The position numbers and the translations under genes are program-made. The notes below the pieces were generated by a model. The model had not been told where the DNA came from and searched no databases. It was given only the letters and a program-made list of their open reading frames with translations. A DNA stretch of 60,138 nucleotides, counting the filler, from Stramenopiles sp. TOSAG23-6 (taxonomy: Eukaryota), in NCBI GenBank assembly GCA_900128565.1. It is 13 parts of 13 records of this genome, joined end to end, with 100 filler letters (N's around TTAATTAATTAA, not from the genome) between each part and the next. Parts side by side here need not be neighbours in the genome. Positions count along the whole stretch, not along the records: positions 1 to 4,543 come from LT637136.1; positions 4,644 to 9,186 come from LT637137.1; 11 more parts are not named here. One strand, 5' to 3'. Below, piece after piece: positions 1 through 9,286 of the stretch. The first letter of the stretch is position 1. Each line of letters begins with the position of its first letter.

Positions 1-4
1 AAAA

Positions 5-39
<35 letters not shown>

Positions 40-79
40 CATTTTTTTTTTTTGAAATTCATTCATTATAAAAACGAAC

Positions 80-784
80 ATCAGACCCAATAATTACAAT
101 ATCATTATGTTGAACAGAGACACTGTTAGAATCTCCATCAAATGGTTTATCTGAACTTTGTGGGCCAAGTTGTAGTGGTCGGTTAAAAGACTGTATCATG
201 AAAAATATTTGAAATTTCGAAATGGGTCAAAAAAAAATCCTTAGGTACAAAATTTCGTACGAAAAAAAATATTGAAATTCGTGATGAAAACAAACATGCA
301 TACCAGGTGTTGTTTGAAAAATGATGTCGCTTTGATCTCGTATGACGATAGCTTGGCAATCACCAACCGAGATAAATTCAAGATTATTCTCAAGTAAACC
401 AGCAACAACTGCGGTAGCTGAACCTTCTACGCGTGACGGACCACAAGTTGCCGAAAGCCAACCAGACACTAATGCGTTCGATGGTGGTTGCAATTTGTCA
501 CTCGCATCTCGTTTTAGTTGAGCGTCGCGAGTTTTCTCCATCAAACTTTGCGAATAATTCCGCGGATCGATACCATACTTGGACCATCCACCAACACCAT
601 CAAAGACACCAATACCATATGGACTGTAGAAATGGGAATCTTCTCCGTCACCGTCACCTGGTTTTCCTTTCATTGGAATCACACAACTACCGCATTGTAA
701 ATGGAGGCTACGTAATAAGCATTTATTTCTTTGTTGAAGAAAGCATGTTTGTACCCGATTGGAGAATACTGCTGACATATTCAT
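80..784 (-). CDS. PP2C-family phosphatase, PTC7-like (3'-truncated at contig edge); exons 784-296, 190-80
   Basis: Motifs GEDSHF, GVFDGVGGW, GSATA, SVGDC. Removing intron 295-191 gives MH|SFNRPLQLG (H-x-FN-x-P-x-QL of PTC7). The next intron starts after ...IIGSD at 79. Confidence 0.85.
191..295 (-). other. Canonical GT-AG member of the same intron family (105 nt)
   Basis: CAT|GTTTGT...TTCGTACGAAATTTTGTACCTAAG...CATGATACAG|TCT restores H-S-F-N. Confidence 0.85.
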
Positions 785-1096
785 AGAAATGTATAATTGT
801 AAGTGGATGCTTGTGGGAAGGTTTCCTACAAATAAAATTCAGAAATGTATGTTTGTTCAATATTTTTGTACGTAAGTAAGTAGCTAAGTCTGTGTGACTG
901 TCTGTCATGATTTATGAATCTCTATTTTTTTTTTTTTTTTGATTTTACATTTTTTTTGATCATCGAAAAAATAAAAGATTTCGTGTTATTACGGTTACAA
1001 AAAAAATGAAAGAAAAAACAAAGATCTCGCGATCCTGTTATTTTTTTGTTTAACATTACTTTTCTATAACTTTAACTTTAATATCCTTGACAAGTA

Positions 1097-4000
1097 ATGT
1101 CGGTGACTTTATCTCTTCATGAGGATGCCACTCAAAATCGCTTACGAGAGCTTCTTTCTATTAGTGATAAATTACGTGAAGAAATCGCCGCTTGTATCGA
1201 CGATGAGGAGAAAGTGGCACTGTGTAGTAAATTGTTAGAAGTCGCTAATGAGCTACGTCAAATACGGAGTACAATGACTTCAAAGAATGATACAGTTGAT
1301 ATAAAAACCAATAAAACCAANAAAAACAAACTATTGCTACGAGTTTCACCAGAAGAAAAATTTCATCACCTTCGTAACGAATTCAGCAAAACAAAAATCG
1401 AAACAACCTCTCCAGTGGCTGTAGTACGACAACAAATCATTCAAGACAATCCTGAGTGGGATATTGATTCTTTGGAGCATAAACTTTCACTCAATACGGA
1501 TGAAGGTAAATTACTTTCTTTAATTTCGAAACAAAATATTACAAACGATACCACGTCTACTGCAAATAGTACAAATCCAGAAAATGAGACTACACGAAAT
1601 AATCAAAATATGCAAAATATACAAAAGTATAAAGAATCAGATGATGATGAGCATAAATATTTACGAGACAAAAACACAATTTTATCATTGGAATTACAAT
1701 CTCTCCAAAAACAACTCACACAAGAAAAACATAAATGTGCCAAAATCCAAACTGCTGTGGCAACAATTAAAGATGGTGCAAATACAAATGCGATTGCAAT
1801 GTATATTTTATTTTTTTTTTTTTTCCCGGTAAAAAAAAAATCGAATTTTTTTTTTTGGTTTTCGTACGAAATTTTGTACCTAACAATTTTTCAAGTTTTT
1901 TTTTGAAATATTTTTCCAAAATACATTCACACAGCAATTGAATCAGCAATGAAAAGAAACTCTGCAAACTTTACAAGAGAGTATGTATGTTGTACTATGA
2001 TTTGTTTTTGTACCAAATGATATTTGTTTTTTTTTTTTATAGATTTTTGTTTTACTTTTATGATTATAATTATGATTATAATTATGATTATTATTATTAT
2101 CAAACAAGATTTTTTTTAACTTTTTTAAAAATTTTAAATTTGTTTTTTTTAAATGTATTGTTTAGAAAATTTTGTACCTAACAACAAACATTGTTTTTTT
2201 TTATAATAATTTTCACAATACATGAAACTGTAATGGCTGAGAGTGAGAAAAACACTCAACATTTACAAAATGAAATAAATAACTTGGAAAATTCTCTACA
2301 AAATCAGAAAAATCAATTACATTCTGAAATTGAACAAGCTCAAGAAAATTTAAACGAATCCAAAAATATCTTTTCCGAGAAGGAGAGAGTCATGACTCGA
2401 TTGCATAATGCTGCATTAGCTAATGCTGAAAAACATATTTTAACTTTACGTGCCGTCGCGGCCGAAAAAGAAGAAAATTATCATGACGCCATGGTTAAAG
2501 CGAGGGAGGATTTAACCCAAGAGGAGCATCTTCATGGTGAAACTGCAGAGGTGCTTCGAAGTTATAAAAATGAAATGTTAAATGAACGTTCAAAACTCAT
2601 TGATGAATTCCATGTAATGAAAATGGAAATAAATGATGCAAATGAAAGAAAAGTTTCACATTTGGAGAGTGAAAATGGTGTTGCAGCAGCCGCTTTACAA
2701 CAACAAGTCAGAGATGAACACGAAATATATACATTAAAATTATTAGAATTACAGAAGCAATTACACTACGAAACACAAGAAGCATCTATTGCCCGGACTG
2801 CATTATCAACTGTTGCTGAGGCTTCAAAGAGAGATGCAATAGAAGTAAATAAACATATTAATAAAGAAAAACAGAACTTTCTTGTCGCAAAAGAAGGTAT
2901 ACTACGTGCACATAAATATCATCGTTCAAAGTATGATGAACAACTAGTAAACTTAAGAAACAAAATGGAGGAAATGAGAATCAAACATAAAGATGAAATT
3001 CAAGAGCTTCGTGATTTGAATAGATTAAAACTAAACGCTGTAGAAGAAGAGAAAAATATTTTGCTTGTCTTACACAATGTATGTTTTATTTATTTATTTT
3101 TTTTAAATTTGAAATTCGAATTTTTTTTTTTTTTTGGTAAAAAAATTTTGTACCAAACAAATTTTCAAAATTTTTTTTTTTTGAAATATTTTTCCAAAAT
3201 ACATGCTGCCATGACAAAGTGCGAACGTGATATTTTGGTGTATAAAACATCGGCTGATCAACATGAGAAAAACGTTGATAAATGTTTGAGTGAAGCTAGA
3301 ATTTCAGATACAAAACATGAGGAAAAATATTTGGCACTTCAGGAAAAGCACGAAAAAAAAGTAGTAGAAATGGAGGTTAAATATCAGGAAGAAAGACTGA
3401 ATATGTTCGTTTTATTTTTTTCAATTTTTTATCTATAATTTTTTTTATAGTAAATTTCGTACCTAACAAATTTGAGTTTTTTTTTTGAAATATTTTTCCA
3501 AAATACATCGAATCAAAACGCGCTGAAGAAATCGATAAATTGAAAATCGCACATGCAAATGCATTAAAGACAATTCACTCGACAGTAAGAGAATCTAGTG
3601 AATCCACAGATGACGAATCTGTTGCACTTCGATCATACGTTTGTTTTATTTTTTTTTTTAACAAAAAAATCGTTTTTTTTTTTCGTACGAAATTTTGTAC
3701 CTAACAAATTTTTTAAAATTTTTTTTGAAATATGTTTCCAAAATACATAAACTTCTTTATGTTCAACACGAAGAAAATCAAAAACAACACAAAAAAGCAA
3801 GGAACATTCAATCGACAATCATTAAAGGTTTAATTGAGCTTCTATCTAGTCCTGAGATCTCACATGGAGTATCATCTACATTTTCTATAAGCAATGATAC
3901 TAATGTCATGAATGAAACTAAACAAATTCTTGAAATTTTACAACATAGACATATCAAACGGTTAATCACGCGTCGATTGATTTGCATTCAACGTAAAGCA

Positions 4001-4543
4001 TTCAATAAGCTTGTTCGTTTTAATATCAACAGACCACTACTACAAAACGGTGTAGAATCATATCAAGCAAAACAAATACGATTACAAAAACAGCATCCAT
4101 CAATGGTATGGGATATTCAAATGAATAAACCTGAATCATATCAAGCAAAACAAATACGATTACAAAAACAGCATCCATCAATGGTATGGGATATTCAAAT
4201 GAATAAACCTGAATCATATCAAGCAAAACAAATACGATTACAAAAACAGCATCCATCAATGGTATGGGATATTCAAATGAATAAACCTGAATCATATCAA
4301 GCAAAACAAATACGATTACAAAAACAGCATCCATCAATGGTATGGGATATTCAAATGAATAAACCTGAATCATATCAAGCAAAACAAATACGATTACAAA
4401 AACAGCATCCATCAATGGTATGGGATATTCAAATGAATAAACCTGAATCATATCAAGCAAAACAAATACGATTACAAAAACAGCATCCATCAATGGTATG
4501 GGATATTCAAATGAATAAACCTGAATCATATCAAGCAAAACAA
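1097..4543 (+). CDS. Large coiled-coil protein of unknown function, 6 exons (1097-1800, 1927-1984, 2224-3078, 3205-3404, 3509-3638, 3749->4543), 3'-truncated
   Basis: Three track ORFs join into one open frame when five GT...ATACAT introns are removed; E/K/Q/L-rich heptad character. Confidence 0.75.
4055..4543 (+). repeat. Perfect 78-bp coding tandem repeat, 6 full copies plus a partial (ESYQAKQIRLQKQHPSMVWDIQMNKP)
   Basis: Unit starts at 4055, 4133, 4211, 4289, 4367, 4445, 4523 and runs into the contig end. Confidence 0.95.
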
Positions 4544-4643
4544 NNNNNNNNNNNNNNNNNNNNNNNNNNNNNNNNNNNNNNNNNNNNTTAATTAATTAAN
4601 NNNNNNNNNNNNNNNNNNNNNNNNNNNNNNNNNNNNNNNNNNN
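4544..4643. other. Artificial contig linker N44-TTAATTAATTAA-N44 (also at about 9187, 13830, 18473, 23112, 27749, 32385, 37018, 41651, 46283, 50905, 55525)
   Basis: Identical 100-nt spacer with stops in all six frames; contig lengths fall steadily from about 4543 to 4514, i.e. a size-sorted concatenation. Confidence 0.97.
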
Positions 4644-4697
4644 TTGTACCTAACAAATTTTTTAAGATTTTTTTTGAAATATTTTTCCAAAATACAT

Positions 4698-4886
4698 GGT
4701 GCTAAACATTTCAATACACCTAAACACAAAAAGTCACCATTTCAAAAAATCTTTCAAATCTTTCAAATCTCTAATGTTTTCCATTTAATCTGCTTTGGAT
4801 TTGGAATTGTGTTGATATTAGGGTTAGGGTTTTATCTACGATGTAGAAAATATCGAATTCAATTCAAGCGTAAACAGTCTCTGTAG
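4698..4886 (+). CDS. Last exon of a membrane protein (single C-terminal TM helix); duplicated at 9341-9529
   Basis: Follows an intron 3' end (...CCAAAATACAT at 4697); LICFGFGIVLILGLGFYL followed by a basic tail. Confidence 0.55.
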   Translation, partial: GAKHFNTPKHKKSPFQKIFQIFQISNVFHLICFGFGIVLILGLGFYLRCRKYRIQFKRKQSL

Positions 4887-5481
4887 TCTTCAGTATTGTT
4901 GTACGCATTGTGATATTCGTGATATTCCGTACCATTTTTTACATACGATGCTTCATTTAAAAAAATAATTTTATTTTTCTTCAAAATACAATTACTTTTG
5001 AAGTGTATATATCTTCTTTTTTTTTTAAATTTATTATGATTCACTTTGAATTGTGTCATCAGTTTTCCAAATATTTCTTTTCCATTTGCTTTATGGTCTT
5101 GAAGAAACCTGCAGGCGCCATCCAATGTGTGATGTGTGTAGCTAAGGCCGATTTCATCAGTGCAGCATAAGTCATATGACTTATGACGTTTTTTTTATGA
5201 TTTTATAGACTTATGTTTCTGTGCAGTTCATCAGCAATTGTCATAACCTAGGTGGACTCGAACCCTCGACCTTATGAATTATTAAAATTCAACTTTTGAC
5301 CACTCATTTTTGATATTTTATTTTAAACATCATTTTTGTTCTGTGGTGTGTACGCTTTGACCAAGTAGTAGTAGTCGTCGTCGTTGTCTTCCTTTTCAAT
5401 AATACCAAGTTGATTCCCTCTTATACAACTGCATCATATTATTGTTTGAATAGAGAAACACAGAATTATCATAGAGTCCTG

Positions 5482-6393
5482 ATGGCTGAAAATAATCATG
5501 GTGAAATTGATGCTGAGCCCTTGCCCTTGTCCTTGCCTAAAACAAAAAAAAGAAAACGAAGATCTAACTTTACGACTGATGAACTTCCACTTATTCTAAG
5601 GGCTGGGTATGCAGCAAGTCACAATAACAAGGGTTCAGATAATAAGACGTCGACACTTGAAGAATTGATTGAAGCCAATTTCAAGAAACTCAGACCTTCT
5701 TCAGTAAGAACTGGCGATGCACTTTGGACAAAGTTCAAAAATCTCAAAAGAGATTGCGGTAAGTACTATACTATTTACTGTACTTTAAAGAGAGCTAAGA
5801 AGTCAGGTTGGGAAGAGGAAACATACTATCACGAATCAATTAAAGCTATGAAGAAGAATTTCAGTACTACACCTGCCTTTTCTCAAGAAGTTTATGCTAT
5901 CTACAAAGAGATGCATGAAATGCACGAAACAGCAACTGTGAAAAAAGGCACCAGCGGAAGAAACAAAATTCGAGCAATTGACAAGGCAAAGAAAGGTGTA
6001 CAGCAAATTATTGATCTTACAAAAAAAGAAACAAAACACCAGCAAAAGGCCATGTTAGATGCCCAGAGAGATCGTTCAGCAGCAGTTCAGCAGATGTCCC
6101 AAGTTATGTTCATGAGGCAAATACGATCTTCACCACCGGGTAGTGAAAACAGTAAATTTCTGGAATTCATTGAGGGAAATCAAAGAAAACTTATGATGAT
6201 GCAGATGGAAGAGAGCCTGCTTAGACAGCAGGATAAGATTGATAAACTAAAGAAGAAAATAAACAATGGCAAAGAAAGTAAGGACAAAGAAAACAATGAA
6301 GAAAACAATGAAGAAAACAGCAATGAAGAAAGCAATGGCGACAAAGAAAAAGACGAAGAAAACAACGAAGAAGACGAACTTCTTGTCTCATAG
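5482..6393 (+). CDS. Harbinger Myb/SANT-like (trihelix/NAM-associated) DNA-binding accessory protein
   Basis: RRSNFTTDE...RTGDALWTKFKNLKRDC...KSGW motif pattern, basic NLS, located inside the TIRs opposite the transposase. Confidence 0.8.
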   Translation: MAENNHGEIDAEPLPLSLPKTKKRKRRSNFTTDELPLILRAGYAASHNNKGSDNKTSTLEELIEANFKKLRPSSVRTGDALWTKFKNLKRDCGKYYTIYCTLKRAKKSGWEEETYYHESIKAMKKNFSTTPAFSQEVYAIYKEMHEMHETATVKKGTSGRNKIRAIDKAKKGVQQIIDLTKKETKHQQKAMLDAQRDRSAAVQQMSQVMFMRQIRSSPPGSENSKFLEFIEGNQRKLMMMQMEESLLRQQDKIDKLKKKINNGKESKDKENNEENNEENSNEESNGDKEKDEENNEEDELLVS

Positions 6394-6580
6394 AAAAATA
6401 TCGTTAGGTACAAAATTTCGTATGAAAATGTTACATGTATACGTTACTTTTTTATCTTTCATATTCTACATTAATTTTATATCTTTCCTATTGCACATCT
6501 AGATAAAAAGAATAGCAATAAAAAGAATAAAAATGATAAAAGAAAATTATTTTGAAATTCAAATCATCTTTATAATAAAA

Positions 6581-8053
6581 TTAATATTGGGAAATTAATG
6601 CATCTCTAAGTTTGAAATGGGCACTCTTACTACAGATTGATGAGTATCTTTGCTGAATTAAATCTGCAATTGTTATTCCTTCAGCTTCAGCAAGTAGGTC
6701 TAGCACTGTATCGACGCATTTTCCTTCAAGAAAAGCTTTTAGATCAGGGTCTCTTTCTTCTTCTATTTCTGCATTGTAAAGGTCTCCTTCAAATTCTGAA
6801 CCGAAAAAAAGAACATCGCAATTGTTTGCAACTATCATATTATGCATCAAAAAACAAAATTTTATCATTGTTCTCAAGTCTTCAATGTTTTGGTAATAAG
6901 CTGCAGATCGCATGAATGCAAACCTCTTCTGAATTACCCCAAAAAGACGTTCAACATCTTTTCTGATTGCTTCATGGCATTTAACATATTTTTTTTGTGA
7001 TGTTGATATTGGGTTCATTGATATTGCATAACAGGCCCACTTTGGGTACACACCATCGCCTAATCTATATTGAATAGAAAATTCAGATTGCTCACCTGAC
7101 TTTGATTTAATAAAAAACTGTTTTTCACCGAATTCTCCTCGTAGAAATGCACCAAGCATCGGATCACGCTCCGCAACACGGTTGTCTGGTTCTGTCCCGA
7201 GCCCTGAAAGATTAAGATGTGCACACCACAAATTACTGTGGCTGACTGCACTGACTTTTACACCACAACCTTTGTCACCCTTGAACTGTGCCTGGAGTAT
7301 TTTAGGGCACGCATCCCATCTCACAACCATGCAGTCTTCAGACCCATGACAACCTGGAAATCCTGCTAACTCTTTTGATTTCAACTCTCTTTTCATCATA
7401 TCCAGATGCAAAGGGTGTTGTGAAAAAATCTGTGGTAGATACTTGTCTCCTAGATTTTTTACAGTAGCACGTGCTACTTGAAGAATCTTCTTCCCAATTG
7501 CTGATTTTCCAAATCCAACTGGACACTCTAATTGAATATCAGCTACTGCAGTCCGTACCTTTTTTAGTAAAGCTAGCAGTCCTAGATCAGCAGACATTCC
7601 AAATTTTCCAGTGGCATTGGGTTTAGCTGCGCAATCATCTTTAATATTGATGAGAACTTCTTCGTAAACTTCTTTTGGTACGCCAAAATGCTGATGGAAT
7701 TCAAGATCAGTGTAAAGTTGTGTGTTATTCTCAGTGGCGAAGAATTCTTTGAACCAATTAGTTGGTGTTCTTTTTCTTTTTTTCCCTCCTGGTTTGCTAC
7801 CACCTCGTCTGTCACGTTTAACTTCTGCTTCCCATTGTTGAAAGTTACATATATAATTTTGACTACTTGTATCTAATGCAAACTCATCATTATCTGTAGC
7901 TATTAGCATAGCAGCTAGTTCTTCTTCATCAGATGTGTCCATTGTATTACATAAGTTGAAAACTACGCAAGACTTGTCACACGATTGTACACGACGACGA
8001 AGTTCATTCGACTCGACACGTTTTGATGTTTGACCGATGATTCTATATAGCAT
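6581..8053 (-). CDS. PIF/Harbinger DDE transposase (likely ATG at 7942)
   Basis: GFPGCHGSEDCMVVRWDACP, YRLGDGVYPKW, HEAIRKDVERLFGVIQKRF, CFLMHNMIV: typical of Plant_tran/DDE_Tnp_4 transposases. Confidence 0.92.
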   Translation of the reverse strand: MLYRIIGQTSKRVESNELRRRVQSCDKSCVVFNLCNTMDTSDEEELAAMLIATDNDEFALDTSSQNYICNFQQWEAEVKRDRRGGSKPGGKKRKRTPTNWFKEFFATENNTQLYTDLEFHQHFGVPKEVYEEVLINIKDDCAAKPNATGKFGMSADLGLLALLKKVRTAVADIQLECPVGFGKSAIGKKILQVARATVKNLGDKYLPQIFSQHPLHLDMMKRELKSKELAGFPGCHGSEDCMVVRWDACPKILQAQFKGDKGCGVKVSAVSHSNLWCAHLNLSGLGTEPDNRVAERDPMLGAFLRGEFGEKQFFIKSKSGEQSEFSIQYRLGDGVYPKWACYAISMNPISTSQKKYVKCHEAIRKDVERLFGVIQKRFAFMRSAAYYQNIEDLRTMIKFCFLMHNMIVANNCDVLFFGSEFEGDLYNAEIEEERDPDLKAFLEGKCVDTVLDLLAEAEGITIADLIQQRYSSICSKSAHFKLRDALISQY

Positions 8054-8419
8054 TTCGTGTTTTATTGAAGTTATGACGCGAGATAAAGTTAATAAAAAAA
8101 AGACAATTTATCATAAAATGCAAAAAAAAACATAAAGTTATGACAAAAATTTATGATTATCATAACTTTTTTTACTGATGAATCCGGTAATCATAACTTT
8201 TTGTCATAAGTTACCCGGGAACCATACTTATGCTGTACCGATGAAACCGGCCTAATGGTATAAGTTATATAATAATATTATATGACGATGACGTCATTGG
8301 TTTTGATTGACTTCGTTTTTTTCAAATCTTTGACTGGCCGATCTGATCTGGCCGATGAGAAAGTTTCTCCATGTGTGGCAATAATAAACATAGTTTTGTA
8401 GCAACAAACGTTTCTAAAA

Positions 8420-9133
8420 ATGCGTTCTTTGGTTTCAGAAACTTTTGTCCATGTATTGGCAATATTAGCTGTTAGTACTGCTCAAGTGTCTGATATTTTC
8501 TCATCTGTTGATCAAGAGCTTGCTATGAATGTTGCAAGGCTTACACTTGCCAATTCATCTGACACGTGGGACCTTGCAAAGGCTTCTACTATTTTGCACC
8601 TCACAGATGGACAATCGAAAAGTGTAATTACATGCTCTATGGCAACAGATGCACTTCGTGTTGCGGAAAGTGCTTCGGATATCCATGCTGCTGTGGTAAT
8701 TGAACAGGTGGCAGGTGGGTGTGGTATCAAGTTGGAAGATTCCATGGTGAATACTTTAATCAAGGCCTCAGAGTCAAGTGTTCTTATGGATATTTACCAC
8801 GGAGTGAAAGCACTTCATCAAACGGGTAAGACAATAAATAGTAACACTGTAACAGAAAATGTAATTTCATTGATGGAAGAAGATGGGGCATTTCGAGAAG
8901 CGGCGGATAGTGATTACTCTTCGGAGCTTAACGCTGGTTATGCATATGAAATTCTTTCGATTACGTACCCAAAACTAGAATCCAAGTGGATATCGTCCAA
9001 GAAAGATAAAACGGAAACAACTCCAGAAGCTACGAAAATATTTAATCTATTGGAAAATATCGATACTGTAGTTGATGGCATTGGCACTATACTTGATGCT
9101 TCGGAAAAAGTCGATATGTCTCTCTCGATAAAT
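8420..9133 (+). CDS. RPN2: Probable ribophorin II (OST subunit) N-terminal exon; truncated at intron/contig end; duplicated at 13063-13776
   Basis: Signal peptide; DIYHGVKAL and EEDGAFR...SSELNAGYAYEIL resemble the RPN2 lumenal domain (recognised from memory, not searched). Confidence 0.6.
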
Positions 9134-9286
9134 GTATGTTTTATTTTTTTTCAATTTCGAATTTATTTTTCGTACGAAATTTTGTANNNNNNNNNNNNNN
9201 NNNNNNNNNNNNNNNNNNNNNNNNNNNNNNTTAATTAATTAANNNNNNNNNNNNNNNNNNNNNNNNNNNNNNNNNNNNNNNNNNNN

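Larger units (their letters stand above)
5146..8252. mobile_element. Complete PIF/Harbinger DNA transposon (3107 bp)
   Basis: Left TIR GGCCGATTTCATCAGTGCAGCATAAGT versus right TIR reverse complement GGCCGGTTTCATCGGTACAGCATAAGT (24/27 match). TAA TSD at 5143-5145 and 8253-8255. Two convergent ORFs; subterminal TTATGAC/GTCATAA repeats. Confidence 0.93.

Noticed and set aside
1799-1924. Reading the introns as U12-type AT-AC introns (boundaries shifted 2 nt: AT GTAT...ATAC)
   Set aside because: No ATATCCTT donor or TCCTTAAC branch. Where the two readings differ the shift breaks conserved motifs (FGPVV to FGPDV at 58952; FTGGGL to FTGDGL at 40327; H-S-F-N to Q-S-F-N at 295). Individual AT|...AT introns remain formally ambiguous.
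3633-3818. Recurrent ORF peptides such as FFSYEILYLTNF, FVRNFVPN, LGTKFRTK, KYFSKIH as a protein domain
   Set aside because: They are translations of the intron consensus in different frames.
4055-4543. CRISPR-like array
   Set aside because: Units are identical head-to-tail with no spacers and encode an in-frame peptide.
5240-5300. tRNA gene
   Set aside because: Only a T-arm/B-box-like piece; no acceptor, D or anticodon stems.
5146-8252. This Harbinger as the direct mobiliser of the intron family
   Set aside because: Its TIRs (GGCCG...) and TAA TSD do not match the intron termini (GTAT...ATAC, AT flanks); only the internal motif is shared.
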